Source: a virus (lineage: Duplodnaviria; Caudoviricetes). Taken from it: a stretch of DNA of 36,575 nt. Below the pieces are notes generated by a model. The model ran no database searches. It saw nothing but the letters and a program-made list of their open reading frames with translations, and was not told where the DNA came from. Below are positions 34,353 through 36,575 of the stretch, one piece after another (within the stretch, counting starts at the first letter, position 1; the number at the start of each line of letters is the position of its first letter). Where the stretch lies: positions 1 through 36,575 of IMG/VR virus record IMGVR_UViG_3300032753_000092, one strand, 5' to 3'. A program made the position numbers and the translations under genes.

Positions 34353-35467
34353 TACATCTGGTATAGAGGTCTAATTACATCTGCTTCTGTAGTTTGACCA
34401 TCTTTTAACTTATTGATACTGATCATTAAATCAGCTTTATGGTCACCGGATAGTTTAGTATCATTTACAGCATGTTTAGCTTCTTCAAATTTCTTTTGTT
34501 TAATTAATGCAATAACTTTCATTAATGCAGGATCTTTTTTCTTCATCTCAACTCTACCTTTAGTGGGTTCGTTGATTGTTTTTGATCTTTGTGATTTACC
34601 CACAATATAATTAAATGTTCTTTCTGGACTATTCAAGAGGTTATTTCTTTGAATATCAGTTAATACTGTTTTATAAATTGATAATAAATGAAACGCTGGG
34701 TCAATACCTTCTTGCATTTCACTCTTAGCAAATTTTGATAGTGGTTCAAACTCTGTTTTTCCTCTATAAATGTCATTAAGGAAATTTATAGCAGCTTTTT
34801 CATCTGGACCTTGTCCTGCTATATCTACATCCTGTAACGATTTAAATTCACCACTATTAGCTTGTTTTAATCTCTCTACAAAATTTGTTGATCCTTCTTT
34901 AATTAAATCTTGTACTGCATCTAAAGTGTCTTGTCTTGCTGCTTCACATTTTGTCTTCCATTGACCAGCTAATTGCTCATGTTCTTTAATTTCTTTAATT
35001 AACCAACTTTCATACGACACACCTTTTCTAGTAATTGGTCTTAGTCTCTGTCCTCTAAACTCTTTACTCTTACCATACATGGACATTTCACCTTTGTTTC
35101 GAAGTTTTGTTCCTGCTGTGGAAAGACCACCTCTTACGTTTTCCAATTCTTTGTACAATCTATTTGTATAAGCTTCTTCAGCTTTCCATTCATGATGTAA
35201 ACTACTATAGTGAGACATCACTCTTTGAAGTTCTTTACCAGCTTCTGGATCACTAGCAGTAACGGTTAAAGCAATCTTTATGAGTCTACTAGCTTCAGCT
35301 GCTATGTATCTTCCTTTATCTGGTGTTAGGTTAACTTCTGGTTTTCTAACTTCAGGGTTTTCAATACCAGTACTTTTACGGAACCCAGCAGGTCCAGTAG
35401 CTACAAATTTGTTAGGATCTTTACCTTCTTTCTCGGTAATTAGACCAGCAAGTTCACTAAACTTCAT
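34352..35467 (-). CDS. Hypothetical late protein, possible internal head protein
   Basis: TAAATA 5 nt upstream; MKFSELAGLITE leader. Confidence 0.6.
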   Translation of the reverse strand: MKFSELAGLITEKEGKDPNKFVATGPAGFRKSTGIENPEVRKPEVNLTPDKGRYIAAEASRLIKIALTVTASDPEAGKELQRVMSHYSSLHHEWKAEEAYTNRLYKELENVRGGLSTAGTKLRNKGEMSMYGKSKEFRGQRLRPITRKGVSYESWLIKEIKEHEQLAGQWKTKCEAARQDTLDAVQDLIKEGSTNFVERLKQANSGEFKSLQDVDIAGQGPDEKAAINFLNDIYRGKTEFEPLSKFAKSEMQEGIDPAFHLLSIYKTVLTDIQRNNLLNSPERTFNYIVGKSQRSKTINEPTKGRVEMKKKDPALMKVIALIKQKKFEEAKHAVNDTKLSGDHKADLMISINKLKDGQTTEADVIRPLYQM

Positions 35468-35481
35468 GTTATTATTTATGA

Positions 35482-36575
35482 TTAAGCTACCCAGAACATT
35501 GGTGGTTCGTTGTCGCCAAAGCCAGGTGCACCTTCATATAGCTGTCTTTCAAGTTCTTTCTTTTCTTCTAAACCTTCAGCTAACATATCAGCATTTACTT
35601 GACCACCACCAAATAGCGATGTACCTGTAAATTTACCTCTTACTCTACCTAAAGTGATTTTACTCAATGCTAAAGCATATTGATACACCCATTGTTCCTT
35701 AATAACATCTCTCAATGCTCTTTCTACGTAACATTGAATGACTGCATAGTATTGAATTGTTTGATACTGTGATTGTTGTGGTTGAGGATATAGTCTCATA
35801 ATTTGAGTCCTATCATCAAAATCCCAACTTGGTTTAGTAGCAAGGAGCTTTTCCCTATTCTTTAACCAATCCTTTAATACATACCAACTGATTAAGTCAA
35901 ACCCATAATTACCCATCGAGTAACTGAAATACGTTTGTTGCGCTAACGTCTGCTCAATGGTAAACAAAGTATTAATGCCTGACGTAGAACCTTCTTCTAA
36001 GTCTACTACCGCAATTACTTTACGGTAATCCATTATATCGTAGTCAAAGCTATTCAAATAATTTGGATTGTTTCCATCAACTGGTGAACCTAATTGTGTT
36101 ATATTGTTCTTTAAACTTGGAGTAAAGTAAGGTGATAAATCAATTTGTGTTTGTGTAGCAGATATAATTTGATTATATGTGGAAAGACTTACAACTGTAT
36201 TAGTAAAGATACCATACTGATAAGAAGCAGATAAAGCTGAACTACTTAAGAAGTAACTTCCTGGTATAGCGCTATTAGCTGTAAAAACATTATTATTATC
36301 GTTTACATACTTGCTAAACAAAGGATTACCTCTTTCAGTTCCATTTATATTTGGATCAAATAGATCTAACTGTGCAAGATATGTTGAATTAGCTTGTGCT
36401 GTAAACAACGTATCTAACTTTATACCATAGTTTGGTATATAAAGATTGCTATTAAAGATTAGATACTCTCTAGTATAGCCTGCAAACTTAGTAAACATTT
36501 CACAAGCAATACTAATATTATCATTTAACTGATCTACATGTAACTCAACGTTAACTGTAGGAAAACCTAATGACC
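35482..36575 (-). CDS. gp13: Neck protein, T4 gp13-like (5' end outside window)
   Basis: Frame stays open to the window edge (SLGFPTVNVELHVDQLNDNI); C-terminal WVYQYALALSK..LG..RGKF....GG.VN...LE..L....PP. Confidence 0.85.
   Translation of the reverse strand, partial: SLGFPTVNVELHVDQLNDNISIACEMFTKFAGYTREYLIFNSNLYIPNYGIKLDTLFTAQANSTYLAQLDLFDPNINGTERGNPLFSKYVNDNNNVFTANSAIPGSYFLSSSALSASYQYGIFTNTVVSLSTYNQIISATQTQIDLSPYFTPSLKNNITQLGSPVDGNNPNYLNSFDYDIMDYRKVIAVVDLEEGSTSGINTLFTIEQTLAQQTYFSYSMGNYGFDLISWYVLKDWLKNREKLLATKPSWDFDDRTQIMRLYPQPQQSQYQTIQYYAVIQCYVERALRDVIKEQWVYQYALALSKITLGRVRGKFTGTSLFGGGQVNADMLAEGLEEKKELERQLYEGAPGFGDNEPPMFWVA

Noticed and set aside
5457-35630. Many 60-116 aa ORFs antisense to or nested in larger genes (e.g. 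5457-5660, 7713-7937, 19751-19981, 23122-23310, 32422-32763, 35280-35630)
   Set aside because: They overlap well-supported genes, lack motifs or promoters, and look like shadow frames.
1-36575. Stop-codon reassignment as in some large phages
   Set aside because: Conserved genes are full length in the standard code; TGA is used in ATGA overlaps and TAG ends plausible genes (651, 15175).
1-36575. CRISPR array, tRNA or rRNA genes
   Set aside because: No regularly spaced repeats or cloverleaf seen; intergenic gaps are nearly all too short. Not checked computationally.

Overview
AT-rich, densely coding fragment of a large T4-like (myovirus) phage genome read in the standard bacterial code. It contains: head and neck genes (gp13, gp4, gp21, a gp67-like small ORF, gp22, gp23); a gp5/VgrG-like baseplate spike; two paralogous baseplate/fibre genes; a ~10 kb, 13-gene glycan-biosynthesis block; replication and metabolism genes (gp62-like clamp-loader subunit, GroES-like co-chaperonin, DinG-like helicase, class Id-like nrdB/nrdA followed by an unlisted BFD-like ferredoxin); and a T4-type lysozyme. 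The best candidate for a novel system is a three-gene cassette (TGT/DpdA-fold protein, P-loop NMP-kinase-like protein, QueF) suggesting nucleotide-level 7-deazaguanine (preQ1) substitution of phage DNA, possibly elaborated by a DUF366-like ligase-fold protein or the glycosyltransferases. Other signals are near-universal promoter motifs 5-9 nt from start codons (leaderless mRNAs), a shared capsid-targeting-like N-terminal motif (also on the lysozyme), an A10 tract joining two reading frames, and a unimolecular-spanin-like lipoprotein. All family calls come from motif recognition by eye; no database searches were run.
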